NCBI RefSeq assembly: GCF_000150275.1
Contig: NW_002060954.1
Span: forward strand, 558,001-622,000
Direction: 5' to 3'
Length of the DNA: 64,000 nucleotides
From: Trichoplax adhaerens
Taxonomy: Eukaryota; Animalia; Placozoa
Shown here: in pieces, positions 49,701 to 63,850 of the stretch
Position numbering within the stretch: position 1 is the stretch's first letter
Layout: each line of letters begins with the position of its first letter
Position numbers and translations under genes: made by a program
Notes under the pieces: generated by a model
Told to the model about the DNA's origin: nothing
Seen by the model: only the letters and a program-made list of their open reading frames with translations
Databases searched by the model: none

Positions 49701-52700
49701 TTTAAGTAATTAACTCTATTGATTGTTCAAAGTACGTTAGAGTGTAGCGTTACCTCTGCTGATCTGTACGAGGCATTTAGGGATACACCATTAATTCCCT
49801 CCGACAATGTAGCCACTAAAGCTTGAGAATAATTTATTATATGTGCAGCTTCCAGACGAATCGAAAAAGCTAGGCCAAGTTCGCTCGAGAACGAATTCAT
49901 CGGTGATAAAGTGCCGGAAGTTAATATAACGGAATGAGCAGCAGGTCCAATGTCGTCGAACGCCTGGACAATAGAAGTGCAATCAATTCATTGATATACG
50001 AGTACATATGCAAATCATCGCTGAGAATGCGCAAAGATGGAATGGTCGCAATAATGAATTTAGAAATTTAAATTCTCATCACATACTACGGCTGGATTCA
50101 TACACCAGAAGTTCAGGGAATATGTCCACTGTTTCCTCGTCTCTAAAGCAGACGTAGCAAGTTTCAGCTTAAGGAAGGGTAACAAAAGTTTAAATCACAG
50201 GAAATTCAGCAAAGTTTCATAACTTACGGCCAGTCCGCCATCTCCTTCTCCCTTGAGTCTGTAGGCGTAGGCATAAAATAATGTGATACTGCAAGTTACT
50301 ATGAAATAATATATAAACTAAATTATACACTAACCGCTTCTACAGGAATATTTACGACGCTTTTAACGAGGGTGATTCTGTAAAAAATGATCATGTAACC
50401 GAAGATCAGTGATTGAATAATTTGCAGCATCTATAGTATCAAAACAAAATCATTGATAGTGACTAACTTGTAATCCGTACAGTATTTTTTGTCGGTCCGT
50501 AAAAGATATCCAAAGACAAGCATCATACCCTTTAAATAGAGAAGAGTCTTTCCAGAAGCCGCCAGGACAACGCCTGTTTCAATTCTTAAAATAGGTATAT
50601 GCATTACTGTGAGCTTATAAAGGTAACAGATGTCTTGAACAATTCTTAAGTATTCTCAAATGTAATAGATTGCCAAGCTTACTTTTTAGAATACTCAGCG
50701 TGTTCATATTCAGCAATCTTATTAACGTGATGCTAAATGATAAATAGCACAAACATTTAAATTTTATTAAAAGTTTTTATGATATCATCATTATCCCAAC
50801 ATTTAATCCTTTATTATATCTATATACTTGTATGGTTGGGTATGTTTCAACAGATATATCCATACGTTCAAATATAGCCAAAATCTCGATCGCAGACCAA
50901 ACTTTTGATGCTTGTTCAAACCCGGTATTTTTTAGAGAATGCGATTCATCATTTATCCATAACCATAACTTGTGACACTATGAAATCAATATGAATCTAA
51001 CTGTTTGTAACTTAATATTTTTATAACTATAGAATAGAAAATCGAATACAGTTTATACCATTGCGTGTATAGGTCCATGGTGACCCGTAAGTATATCCCG
51101 TTCGACTAGAAATGTAACAAAATTAACAACATTAGGGCCCCTGTCATTTTGTATCTGTAAATGGTAGTTTGCTTTCCCTATTTCCGTATCTTACTTAAAA
51201 AATTTAAATCATCAATCATCTCTTTGAGAGTTAATGCCGTAATTTCAAAGCTAGTAGCCTCTCTTGCACTATCTTCAATATTATGAGCTTCATCCAATAT
51301 TACAATTTGATTTCTTAGTGTTATATCCATCTAATTAAATTAGAGTATATTATACAGTTATCTATACCGATATTCAATCATTTGATGTGAAATAATACTA
51401 GACAATACGTATATTACTAGATCCCGAATCGAAGATTCAATTAAGTAATTATATGGACAAAATATAATTTCTGATTGATCTATTAAGCCCCGTGCAGCGT
51501 AATAAGGACAAGCCTAAAATAAAAAATACATGATTGTACTGTTTCGGATTACAAATATGCCAGCATACATACTTGTCTAAAATCAGATAAATATATCTTT
51601 ATTCATAAGATATAAATAACGTGTTACCTTTGACTTGTTGCATACTTGCACAAACTCTTCTATATCCCAAGCGGAATTAATACCTCTAGCTTCCAGTGCT
51701 TGATGGCTTTTGAGTCTGGGTACGTTATGGTGGTAAACACAAGATCCTACCTGGAAGTAAACCATATTATTCAAAAAAGTGTTGCTGATACTAAATTAAA
51801 TATAGGACGTTTAAAGTCATGGCTTGAATTAAAAATTTCTTAAATACCTCAATAGCTAAACGGCAATCGTCATTTTTTGATGAAGATTTGGATATCTTCG
51901 GATGGATGCAAGTAAAATCACGACTTGATAATATTGTCATTCTATTTTTAACGAAATGTTTTTTCACTACAGTCAATATTGCAAAGTATCAACACCAAAA
52001 CACATTATACTAGTCCTAACTTGACATTTCTGTATGCCGTTTTCTTAAGCTCTCTGATAATTTGAGCTATTTGCTTATGTGTTCTTGTGCCAAAGAAAAT
52101 CTTTGGAACACTGCGTAACAATACGAGGACGTTACCAGCAAAGTCACAACGTTTAAAAGTTATTAAAATGAAATGAAATATGTCCTCTCATAACTACTGT
52201 ATTTTACACTATATCTCGACCATGTACCTAGGCGTGTAACTTTTCGGAATTGATTTCTTCGAGCTCGATGTGATTTCCGTGGCAGTAGAAGCCTCCACTT
52301 GTGATTGCGCTTTGTCATCGAGCAAATTCTGGCTACAAGTTGGAACACGCTCGAATACTGACGTGATAGCTTGAGTCGATGGATCTTTATTGCTATTCTT
52401 CTTAGCTTTTCTCCCCTTCTAATTTTCAAATTGTATTACACAAAAAAATCATGTCAAAAAGCACTCAATAAGCTTTGGCTTAATGAAATATATACTATCA
52501 ATATACCTTAATATCATAGTAATTAATCTGAAATTTAAGCATTAGGAGTATGCTTAGAATGCACAGAGGTACATCGACCTACCCTAGAATCAGTCGGTGG
52601 GCGAAATCTTTTCTTATCAGGCATAAAATCGTCTTCATCGTCGATATCACGAGTCAGATCTAATTGAATGTGCTTTTGCACTAATATATATTTTAGTAAT

Positions 52701-54202
52701 ATTGAGTTGGTGATATATATCTGTATATATGTATACTTGTGTACCGTATTTAATAATTTTCAATGGTCAATTAATCTAAATCTAACAATCCTAAAACTAT
52801 TAATGTACGTACCTCCACTAAAGTTTTCAATACCATGACCAATCTTATCAGAAATACAAGTACTCGATGTTTTCCTTTCTTTACTTTTAGATAAATTTTT
52901 ATTTTCCAGTTCAGCAGTATTTGACGTAGTATTAGATTCAGTATTGCAAGAGGTGACTAGGGATGTGATTTCTTTGTGTAGTGTGAAGGAAAGATGTAAA
53001 ATAACATGAAAGACATCAAAACGGTGGTCAAGAGAATTGTGATAGTACAGCACAATAGCCTCTGATACACCGTGAAGAATAAATGCAAAGCTAACGAACT
53101 TCTTAAATTACATATATTACCAACTGTTAAATAGGCAATTAATGCTATATACTCTATATATATCGATAATCAATAGTTAAACGTATAAAATTAGACTAAT
53201 CATAGTAAATCCAACAACGATTTGCAGACCTTTAGAATCATAACTGTACTGAGTTACATAAAGCAAATATCTTGAAATAATTGCCTTTACCTTCTGTAGT
53301 GCTAGCATCGAAGGCCTTTAATTCTTCTTTCTCTTCAAGCATTTCTAGTAGGTATTCCTGACGACACTTTTCTGAAAAAGCATAAGATGAAATAACTTAA
53401 TAAATATGCGGATATTATTTTTCCTAAATCAGGTTAAAACAGTCAGGAACTAAAAATTTATGATTATATCTACGTAATTATAGACCATATTCATGGGCCT
53501 GCCATGCCAAAGCAGAGCATAGTAAAGCTAAGCTTTTACCACTGCCAGTAGGGCTTTCCAGCAAACAATGTTTTCTCTGCTGCAATCCTTGGATTATCTG
53601 TAAGAATTTATACAAAATACAATATTCATAAAGTTTCTGGATTACCCTCATTAACTAAACTAATATCTCATCACCTAGTGTAGTATATTAATGCAATTAT
53701 ATCATGTATAATTTCACTTTCTACGGTAATTATAAAGTTATTACAGTGTAAATTATGAATTTATTTATAGGAAATTTAGTGATCTACATAAGTGTAAGTT
53801 GCTCATTTCGCACAGATGGTACATTTTGCATTCGTATACGGTATGTATTTATCATCCACAATAATTAATCAACGGTACATAATTATAAGCTAACAGCAAA
53901 GGCCTCATAAATAATTACCACTGCTCATCTGCCATTAGAAAGTTATATAGCACAATGTAGCCAATCAAATTTGATGCAAAGTTTCACATCCAGATATTTA
54001 AATTACTACTTACACTGTACTGTACTGCAATTCAATTATTAACTTTAACAATTTTTATTTTTTTATCACTTACCTTTGACATCATGGAGAGTTGTGAAGG
54101 ATATGCTTTGTACGGAAATTCTACCTGTACTCCGCTAATGGTGTAAGATCGATTATTATCGATATTAGTGACGGATGTTTTGACATCGTTTAAATTGTTC
54201 AT
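46796..54202 (-). CDS. BRIP1: Fanconi anemia group J Fe-S DNA helicase (BRIP1/FANCJ), many exons
   Basis: [22 protein letters not shown]; [24 protein letters not shown]; [19 protein letters not shown]; four Fe-S cysteines (TCIHP, DDC, GSC, ACPYY); [10 protein letters not shown]; [12 protein letters not shown]; ILTSGTLSP; [22 protein letters not shown]; [19 protein letters not shown]; [12 protein letters not shown]. The 3' end at 46796 is inferred from five phase-consistent small exons. Confidence 0.95.
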
Positions 54203-54312
54203 ATCGAAATTGTCGAAATTTTACTTAATGATCAGTGCCTAATTAACACATCGAAACGTTTATAAGTCAAATGCAACCATCAAATCCTACAGTAACTCCC
54301 ATGCATATATAT

Positions 54313-54660
54313 TGTACTGTACAGTCTACAACCGCCCTTCTGCTGTACAGTACAGTAAAGAATTTAATTTAAATCAAATTAAATTCACTTTTCAGGGAAC
54401 TTCAGCGCCGAGATAGCTGAGAAAGAAAGTGAAGTTGCAAACACGCCTGTTGGGCAGTGTTCACATTCCAAGTCTCTATGTTACAGTCCATGCAAGAGTC
54501 TGCACTGTACTGTACAGTACTATACTGTACCGCAATGCAATGGCGGGAGTCCATTCAAATTTAAATTAAATAACTTTTAAAAAAGTACAGTACTGTATAC
54601 AGTACACTAAGTACAGTACAGTACAGTACAGTGTACTATATAATACAAAGTACTGTACCG
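54313..54660. repeat. (TACAG/CTGTA)n array upstream of BRIP1
   Basis: Pentamer runs 110-460 nt upstream of the BRIP1 ATG, mixed with E2F/CHR-like motifs. Confidence 0.8.
54541..54565. promoter_or_regulatory. Candidate E2F + CHR (DREAM/MuvB) element in the BRIP1 promoter
   Basis: TGGCGGGA, a 5-nt spacer, then TTCAAA TTTAAA, ~340 nt upstream of the ATG of a DNA-repair gene. Confidence 0.5.
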
Positions 54661-55028
54661 TATAGCAATTACTGTGAATTCGAGTGGCAAAACTACAATA
54701 ACTGGTATTACGACATGACTTATAAAACGGTTGGAGCGACCGTACATATAACAGCGACTTATAGTTTGTATAAGAAACTTTAAAGAAATTTAATTAATCA
54801 ATACTGCGATAAAAGGTAATAAAAACATCAAGAGCCAATTGCTCAAGGTTGTAGTGATCTGTCTGTGTGGAATTGGAGCCAAATTTAAAGTACATTTCTT
54901 CAAAATTTAAAGACATACTTTAAGGCAACACATATAGCTGAATATCTCTCAACCATTTTAGCTTTCTCACCACGCCCTTATAATAGTGGTCCAAATATTC
55001 ATGGTGGATACTAGACAGTGGACACTCC

Positions 55029-55337
55029 CAGGGACTACTAAAAAGAAAGAGATGAGACGGGACAGGAAACTACCACGGTGTAAAAATAATGTAGAGGCTT
55101 ATTATTTTTTCGGTCATTCTACTATATGCTACCGATGAAACTAGCGTTGTTGATAATATAATGTTTAATAACTTAGCTGGCTAATAGCAGCTAATTTGGA
55201 CGTCAGTCGTAGACAGTATAGTGTATCGTTACAGACGTGCGATACAGTTGAAATGACCAGTAAAACAATCAGCCTCAACATTATTTGCATAGCGAACAAC
55301 CGTTTCCTGTAATGTCTCTTACTTTTAGAAGTCCCTG
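55029..55337. mobile_element. Non-autonomous TIR element (MITE), 309 bp
   Basis: TIRs cagggactactaaaa (55029-55043) and ttttagaagtccctg (55323-55337) are 14/15 complementary. They are flanked by the perfect direct repeat acactcc (55022-55028 and 55338-55344). Confidence 0.8.
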
Positions 55338-58300
55338 ACACTCCCCGTACTAGCAATACAGTATATAATGTTTTATTACATTCCTACAGTATACGCAGCG
55401 TATATTATTACTATTTTTATATAAAAAAGGATGCAAGTTACGAGAAAATATAGTAAAGTTCTAAATATAAATTACAATTTGATGATTCCTGATGAAAACT
55501 TTCATATAAATCCTTTTCGTGTAGTAAGTACTTAATTCAGTATAGTAAATCTTAGCATATATCGCACAGTACAGAATAGTACATTTGAGCAAAATGAATT
55601 CATATCCGCGCACAGCCTTTCTTTGATTACGTAAATAAATTATAACTCTTATATTTGTACTTTATCTGCAGTGTCAAGTAAATCTGTGATTGCTATTGAA
55701 GATATTGTGAAGTACTGTTTGTTTCTCAAGGAACAAAGAAATTGAAAATTACTTATAACTCAATCATTGACAGGTTCTTTGCCAGTCAAATCTACTTTGA
55801 TTCCAACTATTTTTAAAGACTTTAAATTGTTGTCACGAGAGTATCAGCATAAAAGGAAAATTAGAAAAACAGAAGAAATAAATACAGTAGTAACTGTACA
55901 ATGTATATCTAATAAAATCTAAATTTTTTAAATCACACCTTTTGGATAGCCATTAATAATTATAATTATATATAACATATATATATATATAATTAATTGA
56001 TATCCGTTACTGTATTTTAATAACTACACTTCGCTTGAAATCACTTTAACCATCTTCCTGGGCTCTATAGACCGCCTCTGTACTACGTAGTCCATCGCCA
56101 ACGAGTATACGTACTATATACTCGTATTCATTTTTACAATCAGTTGACAATGCATATACTGTATCAATAATTGTCATTTCTACTCGGCATCTATTAATCA
56201 TTAATTTTAATTAAAAAGAGAAAAGAATTTGGCTAAACTGAGATGCTGATCTCTACATATTAACTGGTGATAATTTAAAAACCATACTTTTTAACTTTCA
56301 ACCAAGAAGTAAAATTCAGTACGCTAATAATAATAATCAAATACTCAAAGGTCATTAGTTGTCCACAAAAAAGGTAAAAAAGTCATTAAATTATATTTAA
56401 AATGGCCAATATAAAAAGGGAGGAAGCTTTCAAAAGTCTTATTGCTTCAAAGCATCCCTTGTGTCTCTTTATCTGTCGATTCTATATATAGATACCGTTA
56501 TGTTCTCTCGGGCGACGCTAGGTCGATCACGCAATACTAGACATTACAAGTCTATCATACATAAGAGATGCCGTGTAAAGTACAGGCATACTACCTGATA
56601 TCGCATATTTAGCTCGGTATTGCTTCTAATTAATTTAATATAGCGAACGTGATCCACTAAGACATGATTAAAGGAACCCGTTGACTATGCCTAATCACCA
56701 AATAAAGACAGCTTTGACGACACAATAGACTAATACCGGGCATATTATGATTAATTTACTATAGAAAATTTATTATTTAAAATCCAAAATTTTCAATAAT
56801 CACATCTATTCAAGAATTGCGAAGAGAAATTTAATCAATTACTATAAAGAATGACTACATTGAGTAAAGTAAATAGAGGTGCAGTCACTCGAAACAGAGT
56901 AAAATGTTCGGAATCTATTTCATCCAATTCTGTAAATACAAAAGGGCATATTCTGCTGGAAAATTGATTTTAACACTTTAATACCTGTCGAACCCCTAAT
57001 AAAAGTAAATGATTACACTTTAAACCAGTGGTCTTGTTAAACTTGGCCGTAGAACAGGATTTAATGTCTGCGATTGTAAATATAGTAGTGTAATACGTTT
57101 TTTGCGGACAGAAACGAGTACAAATTTTTCATTTTTAGGATTTATCTGCATTAGATATGACATCTTAAAGCTAGCTATAAATAACGCCATTATTTGACAT
57201 TAGCACAAAGAACGCCCCTCTCTTAGTGTAATAATACTTTTAAAAACTAGCCGTAGTGAATACTATCGTTCATTGTAAATAATAAATAACAACTTCATTG
57301 TTTCCTGTTCGTAAAACAACCATTTTCATATAATTGTCAGAGTAAGGTTATTACGCCTTTCTCAAGTATTTTTCTGAAATTATAATGACAAACAATAGAT
57401 GGAAAGAGCATACACCAAACGCTCAAGCATAAAGGTGGCTTATTTGCCTGCTTCTATGGCATCGTAGTATCAGATCGTAGCGTACAATAGCCAAGTTACG
57501 ATATTGTACTCTCTTAACAGTGAGAATTTTAATTTGTACTAACCTATGCATGTAGATTGTAAATAAATTTATTAAAGAATAATACCAAAATAATTTATGA
57601 GTATATTCAAAAAGCATGGGTTGGCTTGAAACAGGGAAATCTTTATGTTTTAGAAGCTACAGTTCAATTCAGAAATATTAGTTCACTTAATTAGAAGCTG
57701 CAGCTCTTCATCTATAGAAAATATTTTCGTAGTATTAGCCAATTTTGATTAGCGTAGGTAATAGTGATTACGATACGACCATTTCTTAAAGGGGTTATCT
57801 ATCGCTGTAGATCGTATTATAATTTTAGGGTAGCAAAATGTATCAGTGGTTGTTAAGCGATAGTTTCGATTGTAATACATCTTCTTCATGTTCGTGTTAT
57901 GAACTCCACTAAAATTTCCTATTAAGCAATAGGGGTTGAGTTGTCTTAGTAAAATTAGGGTGATACTGTACCTTTACTTCAAATTAGTATACAAAATTAA
58001 CATCATCATGCCTTCACAAATTACAAACTTTGCTCAGCTATGCTCTATGTAAAACAGAAAACTATATGAAATTCAGTGCATTATATATAGATTAATTGTG
58101 GATTGATGATTATATCATATCAATATTGGCTAAATGATATTAGCCTTGTACGTAATTTGAAGTTACTATTGATAACACCAAAGAGATAACACAAATACAT
58201 TAAGTTTGATAATAAGTAGGAATGGTTAATAACGTGAATAAGTAAAAGTTGAAACAATAATTTGAATATCTTCAGTAATTCTTTAGGATATTGAAGGACT

Positions 58301-61300
58301 AAGTAATTATTTAATTATTATAACAAAAATAATTGACAATCAAAAAATAGTATTGTCCTTAAATAGATAGAATATCGCTAAAATAACGCTAATTGAAAGT
58401 CAAAAAGCGCCTTCAGTGAAACAAGTAGACTACGGCAAGTGACGTTACTAGATAATCTGTCGCCATACGCATTTAATTAAATATTTGAATAGCCCTGATG
58501 CATTCAAATTGCGTTAGGGCACAGTGACACTATATCTTAAATTATCACTAAATAATCTAATAAGATAAACCGTTTTAGTATATCTAAAAAAATCTGTCAT
58601 TGCAGACTTAACAACTTTAAATAGAGAGGTTATAGCCCATGAATAAAAATATTTACATATCATTACAGAGAATGAGGCAGACTTAATAAATAGCGGCTAC
58701 ATGCCATTCAAATGAAGAGGTTGTACTGAATAAGATAATTGCACAGCGATGCAGCAAGTATAGATGATGGCCATCTCACGAAAGTTAGCTAGAGATAAAT
58801 GATCCCATTCTAAACACGTACAACAAAAATTTGAAAATCGCTATTTAATTTACTCAGTATTAGTAAAATGAGTGAAAAATTATGTATAACAGAGCTGATA
58901 AATTAGTAAAATTACGATTTATTCAGGCTTTTGCAGCCTGTAGATTTATGAACATACTATAAACATGTAATCATGATGTTTACAGTAATGAAGAAAGACC
59001 AGGTGAAATCGCGTATTTCAGTAATGATAGTTCAATCTAATGTATAGTATATCAGCTACTGTGCAAATTTACATCAAGATAAATTACGCAATTTAAGCAA
59101 TTATATATAATTATAAATGATAATGTTCCCTCTCCCAATAATGAAGTCTTCATTAAAATCTAGATGAAGAGTATAACTATCACTGGCGCTACATAGTATC
59201 AAACTATCAACACGTTACATAAATATAAAATTTCATTACGACTACTCTTGCTAATTCTAATACATGTCGTAGTTAGCCTGCACTTGTTTTACTGATCATA
59301 TGTACCTTAAACAAGAATAATGCTGCCTCGTATATTTAGTGGAAGGTTATGGGTAGAACTTATGATCACATCCTCTATTTCAAAAATGTCAATCACGAAC
59401 CATTATTACCACAATGATACTAGCCCAATTAATATACAGTATTAATGCTAAACTTTAACAGTCTATCATTTTCTTGCCTTAAATACAATTAAACTTTATG
59501 CAATATACAGCCATGCTAAATAGAAGCTATCTATAAAGTACCTAGAATCACTAAAAAAATTGCCTTTAATAGCATAAATAGAATAGCTTATTTTCTTTTT
59601 CTATTACAATACTGTCAAAGAGAATCTTTTTTGGTATATTATAAATAATAATTGAATAAATCAATTAATCAGACAGATCTGGAACAGATGATAATACAAT
59701 CATAAGTATAGTCTATAGAGCAAGCTTGTTAGAAAATTTTCAATGTTGTGTAGACATTGCTTTGCATCTAATTTGATATCAATTGGCTATATAGCTCTGA
59801 TCTCTAGAGTTCATCTAAAGTCTGGGGCTTTCAAAATTAAGACTTCCTTTTCGCTATCATATAAATGGAAATTATAGCAATACTTGTCCATCCTACTATC
59901 ATCATAGAACATTTTAACAATTGAAGTTGCTATTATATGATAATTATCTTACTTAACACTGATTAATTTATTTAAATCATACCCGAAACTTATGCGACCT
60001 GCTTAGGTATGAAAGACTAGAGATGATAAAATTTTTATCTTTTTTAATAAATTTTGATCACGAAGAAATATTGTAAACTATTGTACTGTAGTTCTAGAAT
60101 GAGGACTTCCAAATCATTAAGGCTTTATACATATTTTAATTAATAAATCTAAAATTTTATCGGACACCTGCAAGTCTGTTACTGCCTTAGCTTAAATTAA
60201 AATCTAATCTACTTCGGTACTATAACGTACAATTATACTTCATACCATAATGATCACATATTTATGAATGTCTGTGCACATAAACATGGTTAAACTATCA
60301 ATGTGTGCCAATTTTATTGTCATGATTAGCAAAATAATTAAGAACGTAACTAAGAATGAAATACATAAGCTTTGGCACCCGTTGTCCTCCGTGGTGCATG
60401 AACTGCTCTTATACAGCAGTACGATGGATGCAAGTCCAAACACAGCTCATTTCCTATTCCAAAATATCAGTTTTACTTATTTATTGTAGCGTACACTAAA
60501 TAAATTTTATTCACTCTACTATATTGTGCAAAGTATGGATACTTTTAGTTATCATCTATTGCATACGAGTACAGTACAGGATCAGTCTGTATCTAATTTT
60601 CTTATTATCATACTGTAAAAGTCCTTACACTTAGTAATGTCACTTCCAGTGTTACAGAATGCTACAATTATAGTGTTATAGCATTCTTTATGTTGTAACA
60701 CGTTGCTAACCAATAAAGTGCCATATTGCAGGTACCATATCTTTTTAAATGTAATTTAAGTCACTTTGCCACTAGCAGTCCTCACCTACAACATCGAAAA
60801 AGACTGTAGCTGATCCTCTTTTGTATGTAAAGATCTTGGATAAGCTCATCCCAGCTTAATTAAGCTTCATGGTGTCATTAGTAGCGATGCATGTCAAATG
60901 TGGAGAAATTGCTTTATCATTAAAAAAGGAAAGAACTACTGTACCATTTAGGATTTTACATAGCTAGGAATTAAGGCGAACTTAGAAATAACATTTCGTT
61001 TTTAAAGATTGAAACAAATTAATGATACATATTATTTTTGTATATTCTACATAATTCATAGTTGAGTTTTAGGCTCGTACTCCGATATTAAACTTGCCTG
61101 TCTTCCTCACAAAATATCATGATACGCATTTTCATGATGCTACCGTAGCGCAATAGTACATATGAGTATCATACACTGCATTAGACCTGTTAAAAGTTAA
61201 CAATGACGATTTTCTATACGAAGAGCGATTACGCAGAATACTATAGGAAACTAAGACTACGAGCAGACTTCTGCTAATAGCACTATAATACTAGTTAAAT

Positions 61301-63029
61301 TAGTATCCGAATCATATGAAATCCTAATAACAAGTGTTAACCAGTGTACTATTTTCTAGTCTTGAGCAAATTTCTCTAAATTTTATAGTCCAATCCCAAA
61401 GTATTAAGCGTCGCAAATAAACGTAAGTAACAACTGGTACAAATCAAATGATCAGTTACGGATAACTGATACTGTTTTAATGTTATGTGTAGTACTGTAC
61501 AATATCGTAGTTTATATATATCATGATCACATTGTACTGTACCGCAATTTATATAAACAATAATTATGATCCTTGCAGTAATAATACAATTTTGATTTGT
61601 TACTGATATTTAAACTCTGTCCAGTAGCAAACAGGACCAGTGTTACCTGATACCTTAACAATACCTATATTTTAAAGTACGGTGACTTCGTTGGAATCGT
61701 GCTCATGTCATATTCATATATGTACAGTATTGAAAGATATATGTGATAATATATCCTCGTATTAATAATGGCAGTAGTATTATTTATTAGTGCATTCCCC
61801 ATATTACCCTTTCTCGAATACAGATTTACTATTTTTCTTCCTACGGTCCTTAACCTAGTGTTACGCACACTCCAGTCCGATATTAATGTGGTCGTAACGT
61901 CTCGACACGAAATAGTACGTTTTCTTAGCTAAGATAATTTGTAAATTATATATTTACAATCCATTCAAAATAGCGTTAGAGACATATAAGTAGGAAAATT
62001 GGATGTAATGTTCAAAAGTGGGGGAGTTAATTATTAGAAAGTAGATGTTTTCATAAGATGAAAGTGAAAATTTCACGGAAAATAATTATTCTAGGACAAG
62101 AATAAGAGACAAAAATATGTTGTGACTCACTCCATTGCCCTCACTAGGAGAATATATTATTTTTTTAAAAGATTCTATTACTAATTTGATCATAAATAAA
62201 TAATCTATCAGGAATGAATTTGTAGGGTAACAATTCCTAGAAATCCAACGAAAGCGGTTATTATGTAATCAATTGCATAAATAAAACCGAGCTTCAAGAG
62301 ACATTAATCTATAAGGAAGGTAACAATAATCAAGATTGTCAATGATACTAGAATAAAAGGACAATATTTATTGCTGATTAGTTTTGAATAATACTCTGTT
62401 TTTCTTTAATAGAAAATATAGTATTAGATCCCGGTTCCACTGTTTCTCACAACATATAACTTTGGAGCAGTAAACATCAATAAAAACTTTTGTACGCTAT
62501 GAAGGAATAAAAATTAGTAGATAGCTCAATATCTGGCGTAACGTACGATATACTTGAGGGATAAATAACGATTGCTTGTCTAATAATAATTATATAATGA
62601 CCCTAAAGATACTATCGTCAATTTTCATAATACTGTATATAGTTCGCAAAATTTTATTCATTTACCTTGATATGTTTATACTATACAATAGGTATTTGTT
62701 TAAGAATAAGTAATAAATATTTGATGCGAATAAATCATCTGAAACTGATTGTAGTATTGAAATGTAGACAAAAATACATGTATTTTTAGGCAACAAAATC
62801 ATTTTCAAAGCAACTTTATAAAGTATTATTTCAAAGCTATATATAGATTATTTTTTTCAATAATTGGCGTTGAATCTGTAAGAACAGCTTTGAGAGATTT
62901 GCATAATTACTGAACATGACGGTAATTGAGTGATCAATTTCAATGATTGACGTGATCTATAATCATCATAATTATTTTATCCCCATACTAAAGCATTATT
63001 AAAGGTATCTTTTGGTCTTCTTTGTTCGG

Positions 63030-63850
63030 TACTGTACTGTATGTGCAGTACGTACCGATGTTACACCCTTTTATTATTATTATTTATTTATAGGTACTGT
63101 ACTGAAATGTACCGGCATCGGCATGGCGGAGAGACTGTACTGTAAGATTGATATAAGGATTGAACAAAAAGAATTTTATTTATTATTAATCCAGCTGATT
63201 ACTGTGTGATTCGATACAGCCACAAAATTAGAATAACTTTTTTTTAATATGCAGTATATATTAAGTTAAGTTAAATGAAATAGTGATAACACAATCAACG
63301 CCAATACAGTACTTTCATCTTACGTGTACAGTAATAAGATGTGAAATACTGTACAGTACAGTATTTGCACCTGAGCATGCAAAGTGTACAGTACTGTACG
63401 TACAGTACAGTAAAGTACAGTATACTGTAGTGAAAGAGAGAGTCAGAGATGGAGGCTGAATGTACAGTACTGTACTGTAGTGTAGATTAGATTTGATGAA
63501 TATTCAGCTACACGGATCGTTTTTAGCAACTGAAATTAATTAATAAGAATTAGGTATGATATCCTAGATAGAGAGTTTTCCCGATACGTTCAGCATGCAG
63601 CCCACCAATAACAGGAAAATACTTGTATTTTAGTATTTTATTCCTTTCTATTCACAATTGCACCATAAAACTTAGAAAAATAATCCGTAAATTTGTTTAT
63701 GAGCAGTGCCAAAAATAGTACTGTACTGTACTGTACAGTACACTACACTGTATAGTACAGCGTACAGTACAACAGATTAAAATTTGCAGTATTATACCAA
63801 CAAAACATTGATTGCGAATGCTACAGTACAGACTACAGTAGTACAGTAGA
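63030..63850. repeat. (TACAG/CTGTA)n array near the window end
   Basis: Pentamer runs at 63030-63145, 63345-63480 and 63715-63850. Confidence 0.8.

Noticed and set aside
60240-60489. Overlapping short ORFs on both strands in the gene-free region
   Set aside because: No domain similarity and no supporting exon chain.
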